Positions 52,293 through 61,305 of a stretch of DNA of 64,000 bases are shown one piece after another. Source of the stretch: Myxococcota bacterium (lineage in GTDB: Bacteria > Myxococcota_A > UBA9160 > UBA4427); assembly GCA_965223565.1 (NCBI GenBank), contig CBDCWV010000016.1, positions 828,518-892,517 on the forward strand, written 5' to 3'. Below the pieces are notes generated by a model, which was not told the origin of the DNA, ran no database searches, and saw nothing but the letters and a program-made list of their open reading frames with translations. How positions within the stretch are numbered: the stretch's first letter is position 1; each line of letters opens with the position of its first letter. Made by a program: the position numbers and the translations under genes.

Positions 52293-54401
52293 ATGATCGG
52301 CACGAACCCTTCGCTCGAGGCACTCGCCGAGGCGTTCCAGGCCTGGATCGAAGAGCGCGCGGACGATCACCGTGCACTGAAGACGCTCCCCTACGAATAT
52401 GCCGAACGTTATGCGCCGCTCTGCAGACTACAGAGCGAGCTCTACGACGCGGGCTGGGCGCGCTACGGCTGGCCCGAGGAGTACGGAGGCCTCGGCGGCA
52501 CGGTGCTCCACCGTGCTCTCGTGCTCGACCTGCTCGCACGCAACGGCTACCCCGCGAGACATTTCTTCGAGCACCTCGAGATCCTGCCGCCCGCGCTCAG
52601 CCGCTTCGCGCGACCCGAGCTGGCGAAGGCGCTGATCCCGCCGACGCTACGCGGCGACGTGCTCTGGTGTCAGGGCTTCTCGGAGCCGACGGCGGGGTCC
52701 GACCTCGCGAATCTCAAGACGACGGCCCGACTTACGGACGAGGGCTATCGGCTCGACGGTCACAAGATCTGGACGACCTGGGCCGGCTGGTCGACCCACC
52801 TGCTGGTCCTCGCGCGAACCGGCAGCCAGGAGTCTCGCCATCGCGGCATCTCCGCCTTCGTGACGCCGCTCGACGTCCCGGGCCTCGAGGTGGGCAGGAT
52901 CCGCCAGTCGAACCAGCACGACGAGCTCGCAGAGGTCTTTCTCGACGACGTGCTCGTGCCGCAAGACAGTCGCATCGGCGAGGAGGGCGACGGCTGGGCG
53001 GTCGCCATGCACATCCTCGCGGGCGAGCGCGGAAGCTTCGCCTGGCTGCGCTCGAACGAGATCTTCGTGAAGCTCGAACGAATCGCGGCGCAGGCCGGGG
53101 CCGAGCACGACGGCCGGCTGGGCGAATCGCTTGCGCGTCTGCTGGCCGTCCGCTGTCGGACTCGCCCCGTCCTCGAGAAGCTCGCGCGCGGCGAGGCCCC
53201 GGGACCCGAGTCCTCGGTCACCAAGGCCGGTCTCATCGACACGGAACAGCAGTTCTACGACACCGTGCGAGCGATCCTCGCCGGGGGTCTCGACCTCGGT
53301 ACGAGTGAAGACATCCTCGAGTGGCAAGAGCGCTACCTCTATTCGCGCGCCGGGAGCATCTACGGCGGCGCGCGACCGATCCAGCTGAACGTGATCGCGA
53401 GGCAGCTCGTCGGAGGCGACGGCCAGATCGATGCGGACGCCAGCGAAGACGAAGCGATGATGCGTCGGAGCGTGGCGGAGGCGATCGAGAAGACGGAGCG
53501 CGGACGCGAAGCGCTCGACGGACTCGACTGGTGGTCCTTCGCGGCGACGCCCGAAGACGAGTTCGGTCGCACGGCGTTCAGCAGCTGGTTCGAAGAGCAG
53601 GGGCGCGCACTGGCAACGAGTCCGGCGCTCGCCGGCATCTGGGTCGCTCCGGTCGTCGCGAAGCTAGGCCTCGAGGCGGGCCGGGTCGCGGTGGGCTGGG
53701 CGGCGCGCGAGGGCGACGAGCGGAGGCTCGTCGTCGGCTTCGAGCCGGGCGAGACGACGCACCTGGTCGTCCCGGACGAGGGCGGATACCTCGTGCTCGC
53801 CGCCGATTCCGCCGTGGAGCAGCCTTCGAACGCGCTCGATTCGGGGCTCGTCCGCTGCTTGGTGGCGGGCACTTCGGCGGCGGAGTTCGTAGCGGTCGAT
53901 GCACGGGACCTCGCGCACGCCCGTGATCTGGCGATGATCGCCGCGGCGCTCGAGATCGGTGGTGCGGGTGTGGCACTTCTCGAGGCGGCAGTCCGACATA
54001 CGAAGGAGCGCGAGCAGTTCGGCCAGCCGCTCGCCGCCCTCCAGTCGGTCCAGCACCTCCACGCCGAGAGCCATATCGAAGTCTCGACCGCCCGCGCACT
54101 TTCCCGGGCCGCGCTCGAGGAGTGGAGCCAGGGCGACGCAAGCGCGATCGCGCGGTCGGCCAAGCTCGTCGCCGGCCGCACCGGTCTGCGCCTCGCACAA
54201 CGCGCGCTCCAGTGCTTCGGCGCGATCGGCTTCACCGACGAGCACGTGCACCACCTCTATTCCCGGCGCATGCACACGCTCGACGCGCTCCTCTCGACGT
54301 CGGATGCCCTCGCCGAGTCCCTCGGCGCTGAGCTCCGGAGGAGCGGACGCGCTCCGCGCGGCATCGAGATCTACCACTCGGCCACAGACGCCGCCGTCTG
54401 A
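52293..54401 (+). CDS. Fused alpha-beta acyl-CoA dehydrogenase (single 702-aa polypeptide)
   Basis: Residues 1 to ~376 parallel the alpha protein (WCQGFSEPTAGSDLANL, GHKIWTTWAGWSTHLLVLARTG, IYGGARPIQLNVIARQL). The linker is DGQIDADASEDEA. Residues from M389 onward (ATG ATG at 53457-53462) parallel the beta protein (ALLEAAVRHTKEREQFGQPLAALQSVQHLHAE..., FGAIGFTDEHVHHLYSRR). Confidence 0.85.
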   Translation: MIGTNPSLEALAEAFQAWIEERADDHRALKTLPYEYAERYAPLCRLQSELYDAGWARYGWPEEYGGLGGTVLHRALVLDLLARNGYPARHFFEHLEILPPALSRFARPELAKALIPPTLRGDVLWCQGFSEPTAGSDLANLKTTARLTDEGYRLDGHKIWTTWAGWSTHLLVLARTGSQESRHRGISAFVTPLDVPGLEVGRIRQSNQHDELAEVFLDDVLVPQDSRIGEEGDGWAVAMHILAGERGSFAWLRSNEIFVKLERIAAQAGAEHDGRLGESLARLLAVRCRTRPVLEKLARGEAPGPESSVTKAGLIDTEQQFYDTVRAILAGGLDLGTSEDILEWQERYLYSRAGSIYGGARPIQLNVIARQLVGGDGQIDADASEDEAMMRRSVAEAIEKTERGREALDGLDWWSFAATPEDEFGRTAFSSWFEEQGRALATSPALAGIWVAPVVAKLGLEAGRVAVGWAAREGDERRLVVGFEPGETTHLVVPDEGGYLVLAADSAVEQPSNALDSGLVRCLVAGTSAAEFVAVDARDLAHARDLAMIAAALEIGGAGVALLEAAVRHTKEREQFGQPLAALQSVQHLHAESHIEVSTARALSRAALEEWSQGDASAIARSAKLVAGRTGLRLAQRALQCFGAIGFTDEHVHHLYSRRMHTLDALLSTSDALAESLGAELRRSGRAPRGIEIYHSATDAAV

Positions 54402-54613
54402 GTCGGACGTGACCTTCGTTGCGAACGGCGCGACGAGGGGGTAGACAGGACTGAGATGATCCGGCGCACGCCGAATCTCGCTGGGCCGGGCTCGGGTGGG
54501 ACGCTCGGCTCGACGAGGCGGAACGCGATCGACGTTCGATTCGCGAGGAGTGGCCCGCTCGGAGAGCAACGGAGGCTTCGACGCCGGATCGGCGGTCGGA
54601 CGACCCAGAAATC

Positions 54614-55834
54614 ATGACCATCAAGGACAAGGCGGCCATCGTCGGGGTCGGCGCAACGCCCTACTACAGGCGGGGGCAATCGTATCCCGAAGACGAGCTC
54701 TCGATGGCCTGCACCGCAATCCTGTCGGCGCTCGAGGACGCTGGTCTCACGATCAAGGACCTGGACGGATTCTCGATCTACTCGAACAGCTGCGATCCCG
54801 CGACGGTCGGCGCGCAGCTCGGTGTTCCCGAGATCCGCTGGGCGACGACCACCACCTCGGGCGGTGGAGGCTGTGCAGGCGCGCTCGGTGTGGCGGCCGC
54901 CGCCGTACACGGGGGTCTCGCGAACTGCGTCGTCAGCCTGATGACGCTGCAGCAGCTGAACAAACGACTGGGTGGGTCGGCGGTCGGCGGCATGCTCGCC
55001 TATGCCATGACGTCGGATGCCGGGGGGAGCCCTTACGGCAGCAGCGGAATTCCTCCGTCGGCCGCATTCACCGCCAACAACGGTCTGCTCGCGCCGGGGC
55101 ACAGCTTCGCGCAGCTGGCCCAACGCCACATGTATCTCTACGGAACCCAACGCGAGCATTTTGCCGAGGTGTGTATCTCCACGCGTGAGAATGCGATGAA
55201 ACGACCGACGGCGCTCCGGCGAACCGAGCTGACGCTCGACGACTACTTCAATGCGCGCATGATCTCCGACCCACTCTGTCTGTTCGACTACACGATGGAG
55301 AGCGATGGGGCGGTCGCCGTCATCACGGTCTCGGCCCGCCGAGCCCGCGACCTGCGTCAACCGCCCGTCTACATCATGGGGTCGTGTCATGGCGGCTCGG
55401 GTCGCTGGGGTCCAGCGATCTTCCGCTACTTCCAGACACCCGACGATGAGTTCGCGTCCTCGGGGCATCGTCCCGTTGCGAAGCGGCTCTACGAGCTCGC
55501 CGGGGTCGGGCCGGCGGACGTCGATGTGGCCCTGCTCTACGACCACTTCTCGCCGATGGTGATCATGCAGCTCGAGGACTACGGGTTCTGTCCGATCGGG
55601 GAAGGCGGCCCCTTCGTCGCGGATGGCCACATCCGCTTCGGCGAGGGGTCGATTCCGGTGAATACGCACGGCGGCAATCTCTCGGAGGCGTACATCATCG
55701 GAATGACGCACGTGCGAGAGGCAGTCGAGCAGCTTCGCGGCACCGCCATCAACCAGGTGGCCGACGCCGAGATTGCGCTCGTCACCGGTGGGCCGGCGGG
55801 CCTGCCCGTGTCCGGCGCCCTGCTGCGACGTTAG
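54614..55834 (+). CDS. SCP-x/lipid-transfer-type thiolase-like protein
   Basis: MTIKDKAAIVGVGATPYYRRGQSYPEDELSMACTAILSALEDAGLTIKDLDG...VNTHGGNLSEAYIIGMTHVREAVEQLRG. The adjacent DUF35 gene matches the usual pairing. Confidence 0.85.
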   Translation: MTIKDKAAIVGVGATPYYRRGQSYPEDELSMACTAILSALEDAGLTIKDLDGFSIYSNSCDPATVGAQLGVPEIRWATTTTSGGGGCAGALGVAAAAVHGGLANCVVSLMTLQQLNKRLGGSAVGGMLAYAMTSDAGGSPYGSSGIPPSAAFTANNGLLAPGHSFAQLAQRHMYLYGTQREHFAEVCISTRENAMKRPTALRRTELTLDDYFNARMISDPLCLFDYTMESDGAVAVITVSARRARDLRQPPVYIMGSCHGGSGRWGPAIFRYFQTPDDEFASSGHRPVAKRLYELAGVGPADVDVALLYDHFSPMVIMQLEDYGFCPIGEGGPFVADGHIRFGEGSIPVNTHGGNLSEAYIIGMTHVREAVEQLRGTAINQVADAEIALVTGGPAGLPVSGALLRR

Positions 55835-55848
55835 TGGAGGATCGAATC

Positions 55849-56310
55849 ATGGCCGAGACAGAATCCTTCGGCGAAGTCGTCCAGGGAGTCTTCCCCTCGC
55901 TTCTCACGCAGACGCACGCGGACGAGGCGACCCAGCCCTTCTGGGACGCGGCACGCGAAGACCGGTTGATCGCGCCACGATGCGTGAATTGCGGGACGTT
56001 TCGACTACCGCCGAGCTCGTTCTGCTTCGAGTGTCAGCACCGCCGAGTCGAGTGGGTCGAGCTCCCGGGTACGGGCACGATCTACACCTTCACGGTCGTG
56101 CGACACCCGCTCCACCCGGATCTCGCGCCCGTTGTCCCCTACGCGTCGGGGGTCGTCGAGCTCGACGGGACCCAGGGCGCCGGCGCGCGCATGCTGGTGA
56201 ATATCATCGACTGCGACGTCGATTCGATCGCAATCGGCGATCCGGTCGAGATCGTCTGGGACCACGTCAACGACGAGATGACGACCCCGCGGTTCCGGCC
56301 GCGACGCTGA
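55849..56310 (+). CDS. Zn-ribbon/OB-fold protein (DUF35 family)
   Basis: CVNCGTFRLPPSSFCFECQH is a 4-Cys ribbon, followed by the OB-fold region WVELPGTGTIYTFTVVRHP. The ATG at 55849 has GGAGGA upstream. Confidence 0.85.
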   Translation: MAETESFGEVVQGVFPSLLTQTHADEATQPFWDAAREDRLIAPRCVNCGTFRLPPSSFCFECQHRRVEWVELPGTGTIYTFTVVRHPLHPDLAPVVPYASGVVELDGTQGAGARMLVNIIDCDVDSIAIGDPVEIVWDHVNDEMTTPRFRPRR

Positions 56311-56489
56311 GGGGGCCGACGGGCTGCTCTCTCGAGGAAATCGCCGCCAGGAGGCTACCTTTGGCCGTCGAGCCGGTCGGCGGCAGCCTCCAGAGTGCGG
56401 ACTACGGCTTCCCATCGCTCCAGGAGGCTCGATGAGTTTCGCCTCGCATGCGCCGCGCCGGCGGCATGCTTTCCAGGAGGAAAAGAGAC

Positions 56490-57620
56490 ATGGATATGAT
56501 CTGGGCGAACTCTGGAGACTCCCACTTTCTCGAGCCCGAGGATCTGTGGCGGGAGAACCTGCCGTCCCATCTCGCGGAGCTGATGCCGCGGAGCGAGAAG
56601 GACCCCGACGGTAAGTACGAGACGGTCCACGTCGATGGCCAGCGCTTTCGACGAAGGCTCCCGAGTCCCAAGCTCGCGGAGTTTCGGGAGTCGAGCAGTC
56701 GTGCGCCCGGTGCGCGCGACGCGGTCAAGCGGCTCGAAGATCTCGACCAGGAAGGCATCTGGGGAGAGGTCGTGTTTCCGTCCCTCGGCATGTGGAACGC
56801 GTCGTTTCGGACGCGCGAGGCGCTTCGAGAGGCGATCAGGGTCTCGAACGATTGGGCGCACTCGGAGATCATGAAGGCATCGCCACGCCTCGTCCCGACC
56901 GCGCAGGTCTCGCAGCTCTCGATCGACGATGCGGTTACGGAGGTCGAGCGCACGGCGGGCATGGGCTTCAAGGTCGTCTTTCTCCCGACGGCCCCGCCGC
57001 CCTACGTCAAGGACTACCACTACGACGACTGGGAGCCCTTCTGGACCACGTGTGAAGCGGCGAACATGGTCGTCGCCTTCCACATCGGCTCGGATCCGGT
57101 CGATCTCGCTGCCGGCGAGACCATCGGAATCACCTATCGCGGTCCGGGTGGAGCGGTACTCAACTACACGGAGACGACGTTCTCCGGGCAGCGGGCGACG
57201 ATGAAGATGGTGGCGTCGGGAGCGCTCGATCGACATCCGAGCCTCAAGATCCTGATCTCGGAGGGCGGCGCGACCTGGGTTCCCTTCCTCGGCGATCGCA
57301 TGACCGAGGGCTACCGCCAGCACCACATGATGGCGTTCCCGAAGCTGTCCCGATCGCCCAAGGAGATCCTGTACGAGCAGGTCTACGCCTCCTTCCAGCA
57401 CGACGAGACAGCGATCGCGGCCGTGACCGCCATGGGCTATCGAAACGTCATGTGGGGCAGCGACTATCCGCACATGGAGGGGACCTACGGGCACACCCAG
57501 GAGACGCTGCACGAACTCTTCGATGGTGTCGACGACGACACACGTTACCGGGTGACGGTGGGTGCGTTCCTCGATCTCTTCCCGGAGGTCGGAGCTCCGC
57601 CGGCACTCGAGGCGGCCTAG
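56490..57620 (+). CDS. Amidohydrolase-2 (ACMSD-like metal-dependent hydrolase/decarboxylase) family protein
   Basis: MDMIWANSGDSHFLEP..., VVFPS, AFHIGS and MWGSDYPHMEGTY. The SD AGGAGGA lies upstream of the ATG at 56490. Confidence 0.8.
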   Translation: MDMIWANSGDSHFLEPEDLWRENLPSHLAELMPRSEKDPDGKYETVHVDGQRFRRRLPSPKLAEFRESSSRAPGARDAVKRLEDLDQEGIWGEVVFPSLGMWNASFRTREALREAIRVSNDWAHSEIMKASPRLVPTAQVSQLSIDDAVTEVERTAGMGFKVVFLPTAPPPYVKDYHYDDWEPFWTTCEAANMVVAFHIGSDPVDLAAGETIGITYRGPGGAVLNYTETTFSGQRATMKMVASGALDRHPSLKILISEGGATWVPFLGDRMTEGYRQHHMMAFPKLSRSPKEILYEQVYASFQHDETAIAAVTAMGYRNVMWGSDYPHMEGTYGHTQETLHELFDGVDDDTRYRVTVGAFLDLFPEVGAPPALEAA

Positions 57621-57731
57621 CGCTGTCCGCGCGCCGAGACCCGCCGACCCAGCGGATGGAGACTGCCGGGGCGGCGGCCGAAGCCGCGCCCGGTCATGAT
57701 GGCGCGTGAGCGCACCGCAAATGGAGCCGCT

Positions 57732-60161
57732 TCAGCCGACGATCTTGCGCTCGCGGAGGTCGGCGATCGCCGAATCGGTGTAACCGAGCTCGGAGAGTAG
57801 GTCGTCGGTATGCGCGCCGGCGAGGACGCCGGGCTTCGCCTGGGTCGACGATCTCGAGAAGCGCGCGAGCGGCGCCAGCCGCGCATGGGCGTCGAAGGTC
57901 GGATGGACGACGTCGGCCAGGTAGCCCGAGGCCCGCCCGAATTCCTCGCTCAGCAGGAGATCTTCGATGCCCTCGGTTGCGACGGCGACGCAGCCGACGT
58001 CGGCCGCCAACATTCGCGCCTCCCATTCCTGCTTGCCGCGAGCGGCAAAGACGTCGGTCAGGATCTCGACCAGCGCCGCGTCGTGCTCGGTGCGTCGCTC
58101 CGGCGTCGCGAAGCGATCATCGGTCGCCAGGTCGACTTCGGATACAAGTGCCGCCACCAGCGCTTCCCACTCGTGCTCGGCCGGCGCGGCGAGGAAGATC
58201 CAGCCATCTTTCGCATCGTAGACGCGATAGAGAGCCGACAGGCCCCGCAGCTCCGCGTCCGGCGTGGGCGCCGCCGGAGCGCCCGGATACACGACGGCCT
58301 CGCCGGACATCGCGTGGACGTTGGTCCGGAGCATGGTCGCACTGATCTCTTGCCCACCGGCGCCCCTTGCCCGCGCAACCAGCCCGAGCGTCAACGCCGT
58401 CGCGACGCCCAGTGCCGCAAAGCCGTCCGCCTGGGCGTGAACGACGGTGCCCCCCAACGCGAGCAGTCTGGCACCAGACCGTACCTGCTCGAGATCGACC
58501 TCGTCTACAGCGTGAAGCAGTGGATCGATATTCGCGCGCGTGATACCCGCCGCCGCGCCGAAGCTCGGTGCGTAGGCCGGCCGATGCCCATCCGGTCCGC
58601 CATTGCCATAGCCCTGGGCATTGACATAGACGACGTCGGGGTTGAGGGCGCGGATTCGTTCGTACCCGAGCTCGAGGCGCTCCGCGACCCCTGCCCGAAA
58701 ACCCTGCATCACGACATCCGCACGCTTCGCGAGCGCGTGAACCAATTCGAGACCTTCGGGCGTCGAAAAGTCGATGCAGACGCTCTCCTTGCCCTGCATC
58801 ACCTTCGCGCCGCCCGCCTCGGGAAAGGGCACCATCGTTCGGATCGCATCACCCTCGAGCGGCTCGACCTTGATCACTCGGGCACCCAGATCGGACAGCA
58901 GCGTCGATCCGTAGGGCGCTGCGTAGAGTCCCGCGATCTCGAGGATCGTGATCCCCTCGAGCGGCATGCCAGTGAGCGTCGTCTCTGCGGAATCGGCCTG
59001 GGATCGCCCCTGCTGGCGGTCGCGCGTCGCGTCGTGTTCGCCGAGCCGGGGGGCCGAGCGCCCGAGCGAGGCGGGCGTTGCGGCCAGGTCGAAGAGCGCA
59101 CCGGGCTGGCGCACGACGCCCCGTTCGGCGTCTTCGATCTCGACGACGAAGCCTTCCGCGAGCAGTTGTCGGTGGTCCAGCACTTCCGGACCGATCCGAA
59201 ACTCCTCGGCGAAGACATTCGGATCCTCCTCGAAGATCGCCTGCCACTCGGCCAGGGTCTTGCTGCGAACCCTTTCGAGCATCATCGACCAGGCCGCCGA
59301 TCGCTTCGCTTTGTCTTCCAGGCGCGGAAAGCCTTTCCACTTCGGATCCGTGAACAGCTGCGCAAGCTCCAACGCCTCGATCAGCGCCTGGAAGAGCCGC
59401 GGGGCAACTTGTGCGAACTGCAGCCAGTGGCCGTCCTTGGTCAGGCCGACCAACAGGAAGAAGGAGAACGGTCCGGTCGGAATACCGTCCGCGTCGTAGT
59501 TCGGCACCCGCTGGAAACCGCCCGGCCACTTCTGGTCGACCAGATGCTCGAACCAGCCCCAGGTGTCGAGCGCCGTCAACGCCTGAGCCAGGCTCGTCTC
59601 GACGTGCTGGCCGAGCCCGCTCGATTCGCGTTCCAACAACGCCGCGAGCGTCGCGTGGAGCGCGACCTGAGAGGCGGAGAAGGAACACCAGGGGGCCGCC
59701 AGCATCGGTGGTCGGCCGAACGGGATGATTCGGGCGAAGCCCTGCATCAGGCCGATCTTCGCGGCGACGAGCCCTTCGTATCCCTTGATCCCCGAGGCCG
59801 GCCCGAGGCGGCCGAAGCCGCTGATCGACGTGTACACGAGCCGCGGATTCGCGGCCGCAAGCGCGTCGTATCCGAGCCCGCGACGCTCGAGCGTGCCCGG
59901 GCGGAAGGTCTCGATCAGGACGTCCGCCGACTCGGCGAGGTCGCGAACCGCCTGCTGACCCGCTCCCGTTCTCAGGTCTGCCTCGACGCTCTGCTTGCCG
60001 CGTGCCCACGCGGCGAAGGCCGGATGGGCACGCAGCGACGCCCCGCCCGGCGGCTCCACCCACAAGACCTCGGCACCGAAGTCCGCGAAGAGCTGGCTCA
60101 CCTGGGCGCCTACACGGTTCGGTGAGAGATCGACGATGCGAAGCCCGTCCAGTGCGCCCAC
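57732..60161 (-). CDS. Tandem-fused family-III (CaiB/BaiF-type) CoA-transferase, two complete domains in one chain
   Basis: Domain 1: LDGLRIVDLSPNRVGAQVSQLFADFGAEVLWVEPPGG...LIETFRPGTLERRGLGYDALAAANPRLVYTSISGFG. Domain 2: LEGITILEIAGLYAAPYGSTLLSDLGARVIKVEPLEGD...VMQGFRAGVAERLELGYERIRALNPDVVYVNAQGYG. No ATG lies near domain 1. The GTG at 60161 is proposed, but the start is uncertain. Confidence 0.8.
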   Translation of the reverse strand: MGALDGLRIVDLSPNRVGAQVSQLFADFGAEVLWVEPPGGASLRAHPAFAAWARGKQSVEADLRTGAGQQAVRDLAESADVLIETFRPGTLERRGLGYDALAAANPRLVYTSISGFGRLGPASGIKGYEGLVAAKIGLMQGFARIIPFGRPPMLAAPWCSFSASQVALHATLAALLERESSGLGQHVETSLAQALTALDTWGWFEHLVDQKWPGGFQRVPNYDADGIPTGPFSFFLLVGLTKDGHWLQFAQVAPRLFQALIEALELAQLFTDPKWKGFPRLEDKAKRSAAWSMMLERVRSKTLAEWQAIFEEDPNVFAEEFRIGPEVLDHRQLLAEGFVVEIEDAERGVVRQPGALFDLAATPASLGRSAPRLGEHDATRDRQQGRSQADSAETTLTGMPLEGITILEIAGLYAAPYGSTLLSDLGARVIKVEPLEGDAIRTMVPFPEAGGAKVMQGKESVCIDFSTPEGLELVHALAKRADVVMQGFRAGVAERLELGYERIRALNPDVVYVNAQGYGNGGPDGHRPAYAPSFGAAAGITRANIDPLLHAVDEVDLEQVRSGARLLALGGTVVHAQADGFAALGVATALTLGLVARARGAGGQEISATMLRTNVHAMSGEAVVYPGAPAAPTPDAELRGLSALYRVYDAKDGWIFLAAPAEHEWEALVAALVSEVDLATDDRFATPERRTEHDAALVEILTDVFAARGKQEWEARMLAADVGCVAVATEGIEDLLLSEEFGRASGYLADVVHPTFDAHARLAPLARFSRSSTQAKPGVLAGAHTDDLLSELGYTDSAIADLRERKIVG

Positions 60162-60428
60162 AGCCCTGCACCTCGGGTCCCGTTCATGGCTCGCGCGAAC
60201 GTGAACCCATCTGAAGCGTCGTGAGTGTGGACACTTCGGACTGGCCCTGCCACCCCTGCGTCGACGAAGCCAGTGGCGCACGCAAGAGCGCGAATTCGTC
60301 GCATTGGATCCCCTCCCCATGGAGATCGTCCGTTCATCCATCGCGTCGGCTTGCGAGCCAATCGAATCTCGAACGATTTCGATCGGTCGGCGCGGGGTGG
60401 ATCGGTAGATCGTGGCGGCTTCCGCACC

Positions 60429-61076
60429 TCAGCGCGCTCCGGACGACCCCGCGTCGAGCCAGCCCCGTTCGCGCAGCTGCCGGTCGTGAAGGCGACCGAG
60501 CAAGAGCAGCGCGGAGATCGCTCCGACCATCGCCAGGAACATGTCCCATTGCGTGTCCCAGGGATCCCCCTGCGTCCCAAGGAACGAGTCTGCGCCGGCG
60601 CCCATCGCAACGGCCGCCCACCATTCGAGCATTTCGTAGAAGGCGCTGAATGCCAGAGGCAGGGCCGCGCAAATCAGAAACAGCCAGCCGCCCACACGCA
60701 AGGGCGTACGCCGCAACAAGATCTCCCGGGCCAGGATCGCAGGCATGAAGCCCTGCGCGAAATGTCCCAGTCGATCGTAGTGATTGCGCGCGAGGCCGAA
60801 GAGATCCTTCACCCAATCCCCGAGCGGCACCTGGGCGTAGGTGTAATGCCCACCCAACGACAGAATCGCGCAGTGAAGAAAGATCAACGTGAGCAGCAGC
60901 GGAGTCAGGGGGAATCGTTCCCGCGTCCCGCTCAGGAGCGGAATCGCGATCATGACCGGCGCCACCTCCATCCACCAGGTCGCGCGATCATGGGGACCAA
61001 TGCCGCTCAGCAACAGACCGAGGATCGTAACCCCGAGCCCGGCCCAGAGGATCTGCGAGTCGTTTCGTTTCTGCAT
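60429..61076 (-). CDS. DUF2238-family membrane protein (YjdF-like)
   Basis: ORF 60429..61076: ...HDRATWWMEVAPVMIA...GHYTYAQVPLGDW...RNHYDRLGHFAQGF...YEMLEWWAA...GTQGDPWDTQWDM. This matches my recollection of DUF2238. Confidence 0.8.
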   Translation of the reverse strand: MQKRNDSQILWAGLGVTILGLLLSGIGPHDRATWWMEVAPVMIAIPLLSGTRERFPLTPLLLTLIFLHCAILSLGGHYTYAQVPLGDWVKDLFGLARNHYDRLGHFAQGFMPAILAREILLRRTPLRVGGWLFLICAALPLAFSAFYEMLEWWAAVAMGAGADSFLGTQGDPWDTQWDMFLAMVGAISALLLLGRLHDRQLRERGWLDAGSSGAR

Positions 61077-61305
61077 GGATCGAGACTAGTCGATCCGAGG
61101 AGGCAACGGACGTGGATTACACACCGGCCTCAACTGGACGGCTGCCTTTGATTGAAAAACTGCGGTTGTCATTCATCGACATATCCCGGTTCTCGGGACC
61201 ACACATCAACACGTGGTCTCTTCCCGAACTGGAGGTATTTCGCCGATGCCGGACAAGATGTCGAGAACGAATACGATTGGACCGAAGATCGAGCAGGAGC
61301 TGAGG

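Noticed and set aside
56330-56400. Complementary segments GCCGCC-AGGAGGCT … GGCGGC-AGCCTCC between the DUF35 and amidohydrolase genes, as a possible pseudoknot or riboregulator
   Set aside because: The segment order (X Y … X' Y') does not form a simple hairpin. The words are short and GC-rich, so chance complementarity is likely. I recognise no known RNA family.
54371-60125. ORFs 54371..55711 (-), 56355..57512 (-) and 57810..60125 (+, 771 aa)
   Set aside because: They are shadows of the thiolase-like, amidohydrolase and CoA-transferase genes. The opposite-strand products carry clear family motifs.
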